A stretch of DNA of 60,974 nt, counting the filler, from Nemertoderma westbladi (taxonomy: Eukaryota; Animalia; Xenacoelomorpha), in the NCBI GenBank assembly GCA_032718475.1. It is 3 parts of 3 records of this genome, joined end to end, with 100 filler letters (N's around TTAATTAATTAA, not from the genome) between each part and the next. Parts side by side here need not be neighbours in the genome. Positions count along the whole stretch, not along the records: positions 48,043 to 60,974 come from JAUCBJ010002973.1; 2 more parts are not named here. The stretch is one strand, 5' to 3'. This document shows positions 51,342 to 60,974 of this stretch, piece by piece (positions within the stretch are counted from its first letter, which is position 1; each line of letters starts with the position of its first letter). Made by a program: the position numbers and the translations under genes. The notes beneath the pieces are model-generated. The model was not told the DNA's origin. It made no database searches and saw nothing but the letters and a program-made list of their open reading frames with translations.

Positions 51342-51975
51342 TTCTTCGAACCAGATAACAAAAAAATGCCGAATGGAACAGATGCGAAAAGGAAATAATT
51401 AGGCCTACTGCCTTATATCGTCTTGGCAATCTACTAGACCTACCCAGCCTTCCGGTACCTGCCAAACTATGTCACTGCCTGGATCCCCTACTCGGAATTG
51501 TGGGGGTAAGCCAGCCATTGGTGATGATAATGAGATTCGACGTCGAATTGAATTTCTGAAGAGAAACCGTACTACTGAGCGAACAAAGGCCCAAAAGTTA
51601 ATAACAGATATAAAGGATCTCTGGGATCAAAGCGAGGAGGATATCGATGCTGATGAACTGGCTTACAATATTGAGGTTGCTGAGCAATACCATAAAAACT
51701 TAAATACTATTGACTCTGAATTAATAGAGCTTGGATACTCTGTTGAAACTTCCTCCTATGACTGTGACCTCCATAAGGCTATTTTCAAATCAACCTGTGT
51801 GTTAAATCGTGTGGAACGAGCAGAACAACACCCCCATTCTACAACCAGTGAGAAATCCCAAAGTGATTCTGGTGGAGGAGCAGGAACCAAATGTTTACCA
51901 TAAATATCTGTACCAACTTTTGATGGTGACTAATTGCTTTGGCGCCCATTCTGGGACCAATTCGAAGCATTGATT
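51342..51975 (+). mobile_element. BEL/Pao LTR retrotransposon gag remnant
   Basis: ORF 51469-51903 continues through stops as LP*ISVPTFDGD*LLWRPFWDQFEALI (DUF1759-type motif). Upstream CA|TTCTTCGAACCAGAT resembles a decayed BEL primer site. Confidence 0.75.
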
Positions 51976-52279
51976 GCTCTAAACAAACAGTAAAATATTT
52001 TAAGTTATTTTTTACTAAGTAAATTTTAGTACATAATTTTATGATGCCTAATGTTTCAGAACAATAATTTTTCTCTATTAACACTACCTGGCCCGGGCTA
52101 AGACATGATATGAATGGATAAAAGACAACAACGTAACTTATTCCCTCAAATACAGTAATTATTAAATATTCCGCCATTAGTATAACATTTTCCGTGATAT
52201 GGGTGGATATTCCATGAGTTTATGTACTACACTGATACAAATATCTCGATAAATGACTCCAGGCATATTTTTGAAAAAT

Positions 52280-52480
52280 TTTTATGTGAATCATTTTTAG
52301 AAGAGGAGGTATATTATGCTATTCAAAATCTCAAAAAGGGGAAAGCTCATGGGGATGATATTAGAAGAATGTTTAAAAGAAGGGCCACATGTATTAACGC
52401 CATATATAACGCAGCACTTTTGATTGGATACTTCGCGAAAGCCTGGACTACTGGTATTATAGTACGTTTGTACAAGATAA
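52280..52480 (+). pseudogene. Old LINE RT fragment
   Basis: FLEEEVYYAIQNLKKGKAHGDD...IYNAALLIGYFAKAWTTGIIVRLYK matches the pre-RT domain 0 region. Confidence 0.7.
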
Positions 52481-52900
52481 CATGACAACATAATAACAAC
52501 AACACAACAAGATAAGATGACTTCCATCGTTTGTGGTGAGAATATTGAAAGTTCCTTTTCCGATTCCTGCGTGTTCTGCTAGCTGAATACAACTCCAATT
52601 ACTCCAATTGCATTACTTTTCTATGAACCTTCCTTATCCATCTTATCCACCATCATATCGCATGCTGAATGACCTGTTATTTAGTAGAACAGTAAAACAA
52701 GTATGGTGTCATTCATAGCTTATTGTAGAAAACTTAAAACAAGTTTTAAAGCAAACAGAATTGGACATTATGTGATATTGAAGTACCGCATGAGTTGTTT
52801 GTATATTATAATAATTGCGTTGGTAGTTCAAGTAGGTTAGATAGAATATGCCTGCCTTTCAAACCATAGTAGAACCATTAACTATTGCTTTATCACTGAG

Positions 52901-54619
52901 TCAATCCGTAATGTCAACAGGCCCTTCAACCATTTCCATACCTGATGATGGCTCCACACTTCTACCACGTTTTAGGTTCACATTTCCAACTTTATTAGTG
53001 AAAACCAATCGAAATTTTGGTATGAACACTGTAAGAATTGATAGCGAAGTGCAAACAAAGATGCTGGAGCCAGATATGGCGAATCGTATTGTTGGTTGAT
53101 TATCCTGAAAAAGATTGATTGGGACTCCGATACCGGCTATTATAGCCAAAGTGTAAATACATATACCTATTTCTTTACTGTCGTTCAATTCATCAATTTT
53201 TATTTTTCGTGACTCGAGAGCAAGAAAAGTCCCATATATGAGAAAGATCCCCTTGTATAAATAAATTGCTCCGAGCCAATATAGAAAGTTTTTAGAGAGA
53301 CATCTCCCTCGTCGATGAACTGTAATAGTGTCCATCTCTACATCGCTAATGGGGTCTCCATGTTGATCTATCTTCCACTCAGGGGCGTCAGTAATCATCC
53401 AAGGTACCAGTATAGCCATGTCAACTAGTAACAGCACAGTTACCATTGCAACTAGCTTTGCATCTTTAATGATGATTCGTTTCCCTGCAGCATTGTGCAT
53501 GATGGCATTTATCCGCCACGTTTTAGCAAATAATGCACCATAGCCGATAGTGAATCCAAGAGCTAGTGTGAATGTCTGAGCACAGCAGATCCAAGATTGG
53601 GTATTGAGGGACCTATTTGTAATTCCCATTAGCACTATAGTAATATAACATAAAATTGCACCAATGGCAACAAAACCATTCATTGTCGGACTAGAGAGTT
53701 TGATGACCTTTTTATTTCTGAAAACGAAGTTAAGAATGAATAATGTTAAGCTGGTAGCTATACCAAGAGTAGCTAGGATTGTATATACAAGGAATATCCA
53801 TAGTGCTACTCCAACATCTTGGATTGACTCAAACACAGAGTCTAAAGGAATTTTACTTCCTGTAAATTGAATATCTTGATCTAAAACCAAACCTCTAAAT
53901 TCGTCATATACCCCCAACAATTTTTTCTGAAGACCATCATTAGTGCCAATCAGCTGTTCTATCCGTGCAATTCCACCACGTCTCTGACCTTGAGAGAATC
54001 GACATCTTCCACTCATTCCTTCAAAGTCTACCATATTCATAGCATCAAGAAATACATCTCTGATAGCATGGTTGTCATAGTCGAAATCAAGGATAGTTTT
54101 TCCTTGAATTTTCAGCTTTTCTTCTGAAATGTTTAGAGCGATCGCAATAGCCCAGATTGTATCATAACCAAACGTTGCTAATTCCTTGTCATTTGAGGGT
54201 GTGGGGTCTTCTAAAGTTGTTAGGATATCTTTGTATGTTTCTAACGCATCTTTTCCTGATACAGTGCTTGTTGAATAAGGGGAAAGTGAGGTAGCACTTA
54301 TGGCGATTGAGTTATTTACAATGGCATTCATCATTGCAATAGTGCAGTTTGTCTCATCGAGATTATCCATGTACCACGTGTTCGTCCACCACCCAAGAAC
54401 AAAATATACATACTTTGGACCATACATTCCCATGTAGTAGGCCATGCACATCAGCTGTCTGGCTACATGTTCATACATCTGTAGAATAATGATTCTTGCA
54501 TCAGACTTTTTTACATGCTGCAGGACGAGAGTGGGATCCAGCTTGAAGTTGCCACTGATAACCTCAATATTATCTTTTTCCAGTTCTTTGACCAATTCAT
54601 CATCCGTTAGTGTAAATAA
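52901..54619 (-). CDS. GABA-B-receptor-like GPCR, exon 4 (rest of VFT, 7TM, short tail)
   Basis: Acceptor tttttttAG; DARIII, GMYGPKYVYFVLGWW, GYDTIWAIAIAL, DFEGMSG, IKLSSP, YGALFAKTWR, YLYKG, LNDSKEIG, VFIPK; TGA at 52901. Confidence 0.93.
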   Translation of the reverse strand, partial: LFTLTDDELVKELEKDNIEVISGNFKLDPTLVLQHVKKSDARIIILQMYEHVARQLMCMAYYMGMYGPKYVYFVLGWWTNTWYMDNLDETNCTIAMMNAIVNNSIAISATSLSPYSTSTVSGKDALETYKDILTTLEDPTPSNDKELATFGYDTIWAIAIALNISEEKLKIQGKTILDFDYDNHAIRDVFLDAMNMVDFEGMSGRCRFSQGQRRGGIARIEQLIGTNDGLQKKLLGVYDEFRGLVLDQDIQFTGSKIPLDSVFESIQDVGVALWIFLVYTILATLGIATSLTLFILNFVFRNKKVIKLSSPTMNGFVAIGAILCYITIVLMGITNRSLNTQSWICCAQTFTLALGFTIGYGALFAKTWRINAIMHNAAGKRIIIKDAKLVAMVTVLLLVDMAILVPWMITDAPEWKIDQHGDPISDVEMDTITVHRRGRCLSKNFLYWLGAIYLYKGIFLIYGTFLALESRKIKIDELNDSKEIGICIYTLAIIAGIGVPINLFQDNQPTIRFAISGSSIFVCTSLSILTVFIPKFRLVFTNKVGNVNLKRGRSVEPSSGMEMVEGPVDITD

Positions 54620-54980
54620 CTAAAAAAAATAGTTTATGGTAATTAAATATAAAGCTATTTATGCTTGAAGTATGTTTTGTTTCAACAACTAATTTGTGGT
54701 GGAGTATTATTGGAATGTCTACCAGTATATGCATCTTATTAATCATATTTGTAGACTTTTTGAAGTTCATAGATTTTGTGGAGAGTGTAGCCACTAGGTG
54801 AAGGTAACCTGATGGACCTTCTCTACCATAGCTTTTATTTATTTTGCAATACATTTTGTGCATGTTTCTAATATTTACAGAAATGGTGTAAATAGTTTCT
54901 ATATATGACATTTACAGGTGAATTATATGACATCATAAAAGTAATTATTACTAATAGTAATTATACTAATTATTATTCAC

Positions 54981-55139
54981 CTCTTCTAATTGTACTAGTG
55001 TCGCAACACGTTTCCAATTGAATAGTCGAATAAGGGATATTCGTGGTGGATTAAGAGCTGACTCCGTGGGATACGTTCCTATGTGCAGAGGGTAGAGATT
55101 TCTATCTGTTAGTGCGGGCGAACTTGAGACAGGGGACAC
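54981..55139 (-). CDS. GABA-B-receptor-like GPCR, exon 3
   Basis: AG/GT bounded, 53 codons, phase 0: VSPVSSSPALTDRNLYP...FNWKRVATLVQLEE. Confidence 0.88.
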
Positions 55140-55305
55140 CTATAGTAAGAAATATGTGTAGAAATAAAGCAGAATATATAGAAAATCTACCATTACTTAC
55201 ATATTAATATAAATCATACATAAATTATTATGAATTTGGAAACATTCCCTTGGTAACAAGAGTAATGAATTTGGACCTCAAGTAACAATGCTGAAATATA
55301 TGTAC

Positions 55306-55452
55306 CTGAATAAGATTCCAGTTAGCAGATGTTTGTGCAGTTGGTTGAGTAACAATGCTGCAAGATGCTCCCAATAACATCATCATTGGTGGTTGACTAT
55401 TTAGCAAGTCTATTAGCTGACGCATCCCAATTCCAACGTTACACTGAGTATC
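55306..55452 (-). CDS. GABA-B-receptor-like GPCR, exon 2
   Basis: AG/GT bounded, 49 codons, phase 0: DTQCNVGIG...LLGASCSIVTQPTAQTSANWNLIQ. Confidence 0.88.
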
Positions 55453-55636
55453 CTATACGTATAAAACAGTTACAGATTAATTATACATTCATTAATTACA
55501 AAAGTTAATCTCTGTTTTATAGTAAACAACATGAAGGGGAAAGTTAGTGAGACTTTCTGTGTCAACCAGAATAACTAGTTTGAAGAACAGGAAAAAATGT
55601 GTAATTATTGTAGATTTCTTTAGGCCTCGATTTTAT

Positions 55637-56544
55637 ATCTGTTAAATTCTATATCTATCCTATGTGATTCCTGATGAAATCCAGGACATTGATTTTCACC
55701 ATTAGTCACCTTAGTTGTAGTTCTCTTGGGTTGAGTGGCGGAGTATGATTGTAATATATCATTAATTATTTATTTTATCAATAGATGTCAATAATTTGGA
55801 AAGGGTGTTATATACCCTCAATCAAAGGCGTACGTGATGGGGAGCACCTACGCACTATTACACGGGGTGTACTGTACCCGTTTTGTTGTAAATTTTTGCT
55901 GTATTGATGTTGAACGAAAGTAATTTGCCATGGGAAATAAACTTTTATGGATTTACACTGTGGGGTGGGTGGTTGACAAATAGATCAAATCCATTGAATA
56001 ATGTTACAGCTCAATTCTTCCGACCGAGCAACCTCGAGGCACTTCAGTACCACCTGAGGGTGAGCTATTGTTGTCCTATGATTCCTGTTACTTTGAATTA
56101 TACATTAGTTTTTTCGTGGCAATGACGGGGGGGGGGGGGGGTGGTGATACTGTTTTGCATTGGAAGGGAAAAAACCGTAATAATGGTTTGATATTATTAC
56201 TATTGCTGATAAAAAAAAACTAGTAGTAACGTAAGAACAAAAATGGAACAAACTAATTATTCGATTATTTAATTTTTTCTATTCATATCTGTCTGCAAGT
56301 ACATACATGAATTGGAAATGCATTTAATAATCATTGTATATTGCATAAAACTAGTCTTAGGAGTTTGTTCCATCTTTCCAAATTTTTGATATCTATTGAT
56401 AAAATAAATAATTAATGATATATTACAGTCATTTCCGTCACTCAACCCACGAGAACTACAAATATGTGTCCCAAGGAAGTGAAAACCAATGTCCTGGATT
56501 GACAATCAGGAATCACATAGGACAGATATAGAATTTTAACAGAT
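55637..56544. mobile_element. Intronic inverted-repeat element (MITE-like)
   Basis: ~60-bp imperfect IRs ATCTGTTAAATTCTATATCT.TCCTATGTGATTCCTGAT...ATCCAGGACATTG.TTTTCAC. Confidence 0.65.
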
Positions 56545-57872
56545 TTTATAGAGATATAAGTTCATCCTGGCCTAGGCCCTAGAATGTAATATTATTGGTT
56601 TTCACAGCTCGATTCAGGTCGTTTCAACTCGTGTCAGGTCGTTTCAGCTCGTTTACCCATTTTAGATGTACCTTTGTAAAATACTACAGTTAAATTTTTT
56701 TTGTATAACGCTTCGTGCTATCTTTTATAAAAGAATTAAGCAACAAAAAAGTACCAATTTAAGAACAAAATTGCGTATGTATGGGAAAAAACGTATTAAT
56801 GTATTTAATGTGAAAAACAATATATACATCGATATACACCACCCTTCGTTGGACACATGACATACATATTAAATTAAATTAAAGGAAGAACAGGAGTCTT
56901 GCACCCCCAATAAAAAATATAGAATCAGGACATTTAGCCCAAAATATACTTCTCGACCCCTAGGGTCATCGAAGAACAACAAACACAAACAAATATAAAT
57001 ACATGCTAAACATACAGGTATGTGTCGCAACCCTAACCGTAAGCCTACCTGCCATACACTAAATGATACCGTTAATAAACTGCACAATAGCTAAGCCTAT
57101 ATTCTATAAGAAAATATATGACAATTTTGTCGCCATGAAAGGCGATTATCAAATCGTCAATTATCATCACATGACATACATGTCCGCCAAAAATACTACT
57201 CAATTCAGCAAAAATTTAGTTATATATCCGTTTTGAGGTTTATACTGTGCGCTTTATAAATATCTGGAACAACCTAACAAACAATTTAACAATATCTTCC
57301 ACTACTTAACATATTATTTAGAACCTCATTAAGTTCTGCTGATTTACTACAATATTGTAAGGGTTCGTAGAAAAAGTCTACATACATTGTTCACAATCTC
57401 AACTATAGTTGATTGACATATTCCAGTTGGTTTAATGTATTTGAACTATTATCTACGCTACCGTATGTAGTTAATTATTTCTAATTACACTTATATTGTA
57501 TCGTACATTAAATTAATTTATGTAGGCCTAGTATGTACATACCTTATATATTTGCATTCTGTGGTGGCTTGCGGGCATGGCTGAATGCCACTAATCTATT
57601 TTTATTGAGTAAACGAACTATTACACGTGATGTTATTGTATTTTTATTGCTATTGTGTTTTATTGCTCTTTTCCAATTATATGAAATAAAAAACGTATGT
57701 TATTGTTGTTATTACCCTAAAGGGACAATTTAGGAATTTTCGAATGTAAACCGCATTTAAATAAGCTTTAAATCAAGTTTCACTAGTAAATTCAGGGGCT
57801 TTTTGTGATGATCAAATCTTACGGCGATTAAATGAATTAAGCTAAGCATATAGCTAAGCTATACAACACGAA

Positions 57873-58390
57873 GTGGGGACTTCGCGCAGCACGAAGTTGG
57901 CGAAGCCTTAGCGAATTGACACTGTTAGGGGGTGGGTCAATTTATGCAAATAGTTGTCGTCGTTAGTTGTTTTCACTTTCAGACCTTTGGCCCTCTAGCG
58001 GCAGACTGGAGAACTGCAGATGGATTCGCCTCCTTTGAAAGTCACAGCTAATGGTCTAATACATATCTGCCAAGTTTCAGCTTAAACGGATTAAAAGCAA
58101 AGAAATGGGAGGGCATTTAATGTTTAGACATGTGGCCCTCTAGCGGGAGACCATTGCACTGATGGTGTCTGAAAGTCTCTCAAAAATCTCAACTTTTGCT
58201 CATATTGATACCTACAAATTTTCAACTTGGCAGCTTTAAATCCGACAAAGTTATTAGCATGTCAAAATCGTAACGACGACGACGACGACGACGACAACGA
58301 CGACGACGACGACAACTATTTGCATAAATTGACCCACCCCCTAACAGTGTCAATTCGCTAAGGCTCCGCCAACTTCGTGGCTCGCCCCAC
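57873..58390. mobile_element. Intronic element with ~75-bp inverted repeats and (ACG)n (MITE or Helentron-derived)
   Basis: CACGAAGTTGGCG.AGCCTTAGCGAATTGACACTGTTAGGGGGTGGGTCAATTTATGCAAATAGTTGTCGTCGT mirrored at 58305-58379. Confidence 0.75.
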
Positions 58391-58629
58391 ATTTAACTTC
58401 ACAGTTATGTTTTAACTTGGAGCCTTAGGTGTTATTATGCCCTTGGGCAAAATAACACCTGTGCAATTAAATTTAAACACCACCAAAACTTCCCAAGCCC
58501 AATTTTTGAAACTCTTCCCCCCAAACAATGCCCTTTTAGAATCTGTAAATAGTTGTTCAGGGACAAAAATAAGGGAAATGCATACCTCTGTACAGTACAT
58601 GTGTAACAACTTACTTATCCACGGAAGTT

Positions 58630-59430
58630 AGTTATCAGAATCACTAGAGGGAGCCCAACGGCTCCTCAGCTCATTAGAACATGCTGCTTCTAGTGTTGGT
58701 CTTTTTATTAACTCCAGAAAGACCAAAATTTTGACAGTTAACTTTGAAAGTCCTCAGCAAGTCTCTGATCGGATGAGCATAAGCTCAAAGGATGGTATGC
58801 TTGAGCATGTGGATGACTTCTGTTACCTAGGATCATGGATCCGGAAGTCAGGTGAGGACCTTCGAATACGTAAGGGAAAGGCATGGGCAGCGTTGAATAG
58901 GCTTTCCAGGATTTGGAAGTCACCGAGAATTAATCGGAAACTTAAGGTCCGATTATTTAGAGCAGCAGTAGTTCCAGTACTCCTCTACGGGAGTCCATGC
59001 TGGGCTCTAACTGCTGAGGACACCAAATCTCTGGATGGCACATTCACAAGAATGCTACGCCGGGTTCATTGTGTCAAGTACAATGCACACATCTCCAACC
59101 AGACACTACATAACATTGGAGGTGTCTCATTGGTTCCCCCAAGCTTGACACTAGAACAAAATCGCCTCCGCTTTGCAGGACATTGCTTTCGCCGTGAGGA
59201 CCAGCCAGTGCATAATCTTGTACTTTGGCAGCCTCATGGAGTGAATAAGCATGGTGGACAGCCCATGACTTTCTTGAGACGCATCTTAAAGGACACTGGC
59301 CTTGAAGATGCGGATGATCTAGCAAATGTCATGGGTGATAGGGAGTTGTGGCGGTGCAATTTTGTTGACAAGCCGGCACAGCATTCTTAAAAATGCAGCT
59401 GCAATGCAGCATGCCGATCCTAGTAGTAGT
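58630..59430 (+). mobile_element. 5'-truncated RTE-type LINE (second family)
   Basis: RT C-terminus (VDDFCYLGSWI, KAWAAL, LLYG, RLRFAGHCFR, LWQP) homologous to the 34028 ORF; ends CCTAGTAGTAG. Confidence 0.88.
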
Positions 59431-59707
59431 TATTTTCCCTGTGGGCAGGAAACATGTTACGTGTTCCTCCCCAAGGGTTAACTGGGAAAATAACTAATTT
59501 CCGGGCAATAAGCATAATTATTGTGCATGTGCAGCCTATTTTTATATATATTATACATATTCATCGGAAACATCAATGTAACAAACTTTTCCGTGGAAAC
59601 AACTGCACTGACTCAAAAAACTTAGAACCACAGACCCCACAGACTAATGCAGAAACTAATTACGCAGTTGGTCGGGAGTTTCATCAACTCACTCACATGG
59701 CACTAAC

Positions 59708-59935
59708 CCTAATATCAATGACTAGGTTGTAATCTTTTAGAATATCGTCTCTTGCATTGATCTCAGCTAGTCCATATTCGACGCCATCGACCACAAATTT
59801 GGTACTCCAGACTTCTCCTGATATAGATATCAGACCCCCCAACCTCACTTCGGACTTTTCCCCGCTTATACATAATATATTGTAAATAGTTAGCAGTATG
59901 TGCGTGAGACACATAATACTATTAATTGTAGACAT
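59708..59935 (-). CDS. GABA-B-receptor-like GPCR, exon 1
   Basis: ATG at 59935, signal peptide, VRLGGLI...W...GLAEINARDDILKDYNL; donor AGG|GTTAGT joins exon 2 in frame (total ~750 aa). Confidence 0.85.
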
Positions 59936-60544
59936 CTTTGGTAGGTAAATCAAAGTTATAATTTGATTGTGACTTGTTTTCAGCCCTGCGAGCTAAAAGC
60001 GAACAGAATCACCTGAATTCACATTCCAAAATAAATCTTTTAACCGCAATTTATTTATAATATATAGTTTAAAATGTTTCTTTATATAAACTCATGCTAT
60101 TCCCCAAATAAGGATACTCTCCAATAAACAACAAATGAGATACAGACCAAGCAGAACATGAACACTCTATTCCGCCCTTGGTTTCAACCCTACCGAAGAT
60201 GTAAAGTAATAAAGTATCCTGCTTAGTGCTTAGTGCTTTATTGTGTTATAACTATATTTTATTATTTGAAGAGGGAACAACCCATAACCTATATGTTCCA
60301 CTCGGATTAATCAGTACACTAACGATTAATCAAAACAACTACGCTGGCATATCCAAGTCATTGGAAATATAGATATGAAAGGTTCACTTGTTATCCCTGC
60401 TCGGGCTCAGCATCCTTGTAAAGGTTCTATCCAATGAGTTATTGTCCTCTGCAGTTCGGACAAATCAACTCCTCCATACAATATAAACGGTGGTATTGCA
60501 GCTTTCATCAATTTCCATTTAAGGGGGGGGATAACCCGGCAAGA

Positions 60545-60974
60545 CGGGGGCCTGGTAGGCCACGTAGTTAGTAGGCAGGAGGTGGCAGGGTTGAGCCAAC
60601 CCGGCGGCGGCCTGGCAGGCCACGCAGTTAGTAGGCAGGAGGTAGCGGGGTTTGAGCCAACCCGAAGTAGGCCTGGTGGGCCACGCAGTAGTAGAGAGGG
60701 AGGCGGGGGGTGAATAGACCCGGCCGCAGTAGAGACAGCGCGTCGACTAGAGAGGGGTGTAGAGACGAAGTAAGAGATATTGAAGTTAGATGTGGCGGGT
60801 GGGGGGGGGGCTACCGGCGCCCCCACCACATAAGATTAGTGGCGAGAGAGGGGGGGCAGAGAATGCCCCACAAGAGGGGTGTAGAAGTGTAGTAAGAGGT
60901 AGTGAAGTTAGAAGTGGCGGGTGGGGGGGGGGGGGGGGGCTACGGGCACCCCACCGCGAGAGAGTTAGTAGAGA
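60545..60974 (+). mobile_element. Diverged second copy of the LTR element internal region (inverted), continues beyond window
   Basis: Matches the reverse complement of ~37345-37575 (NRP.RSRDSASTREGCR..VRD.EVRCG.WGGG) with local tandem duplications. Confidence 0.85.

Noticed and set aside
52859-52903. Stop-codon readthrough of the GPCR (TGA-C plus 13 codons)
   Set aside because: A short open extension is expected by chance; no conservation evidence.
55671-55700. Second hammerhead core (CTGATGA)
   Set aside because: No stem II/GAAA downstream; part of a MITE inverted repeat.

Overview
AT-rich, repeat-dense animal genomic DNA, probably a marine invertebrate (species not determinable), with two 100-bp scaffold gaps. 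There are four host loci: an intronless ER-targeted JmjC/cupin protein (signal peptide, EF-hand-like loop, HDEL) that lacks its Fe ligands; an intronless TIMMDC1-like gene; an intronless DUSP11/PIR1-like RNA 5'-phosphatase split by a 1-nt frameshift; and a 4-exon, ~750-aa GABA-B-receptor-like class C GPCR. The rest is mobile or repetitive DNA: five satellites (22, 24, 43, 52-56 and 34 bp units), a ~0.9-kb (GACA)n tract, many MITEs with readable TIRs/TSDs, BEL/Pao and LINE remnants, and a three-level nest (TIR element > LTR element > RTE-type LINE). The most unusual observations are: (1) a tRNA-Gly-like Pol III head fused directly to a minimal type I hammerhead ribozyme inside a Penelope-like repeat (7083-7650); (2) a young pol-less LTR element whose primer-binding position is complementary to its own LTR rather than a tRNA, suggesting Tf1-style self-priming; (3) a 3.9-kb two-state satellite whose monomer resembles a Helitron 3' end. 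All family assignments come from motifs read by eye; no database searches were run.
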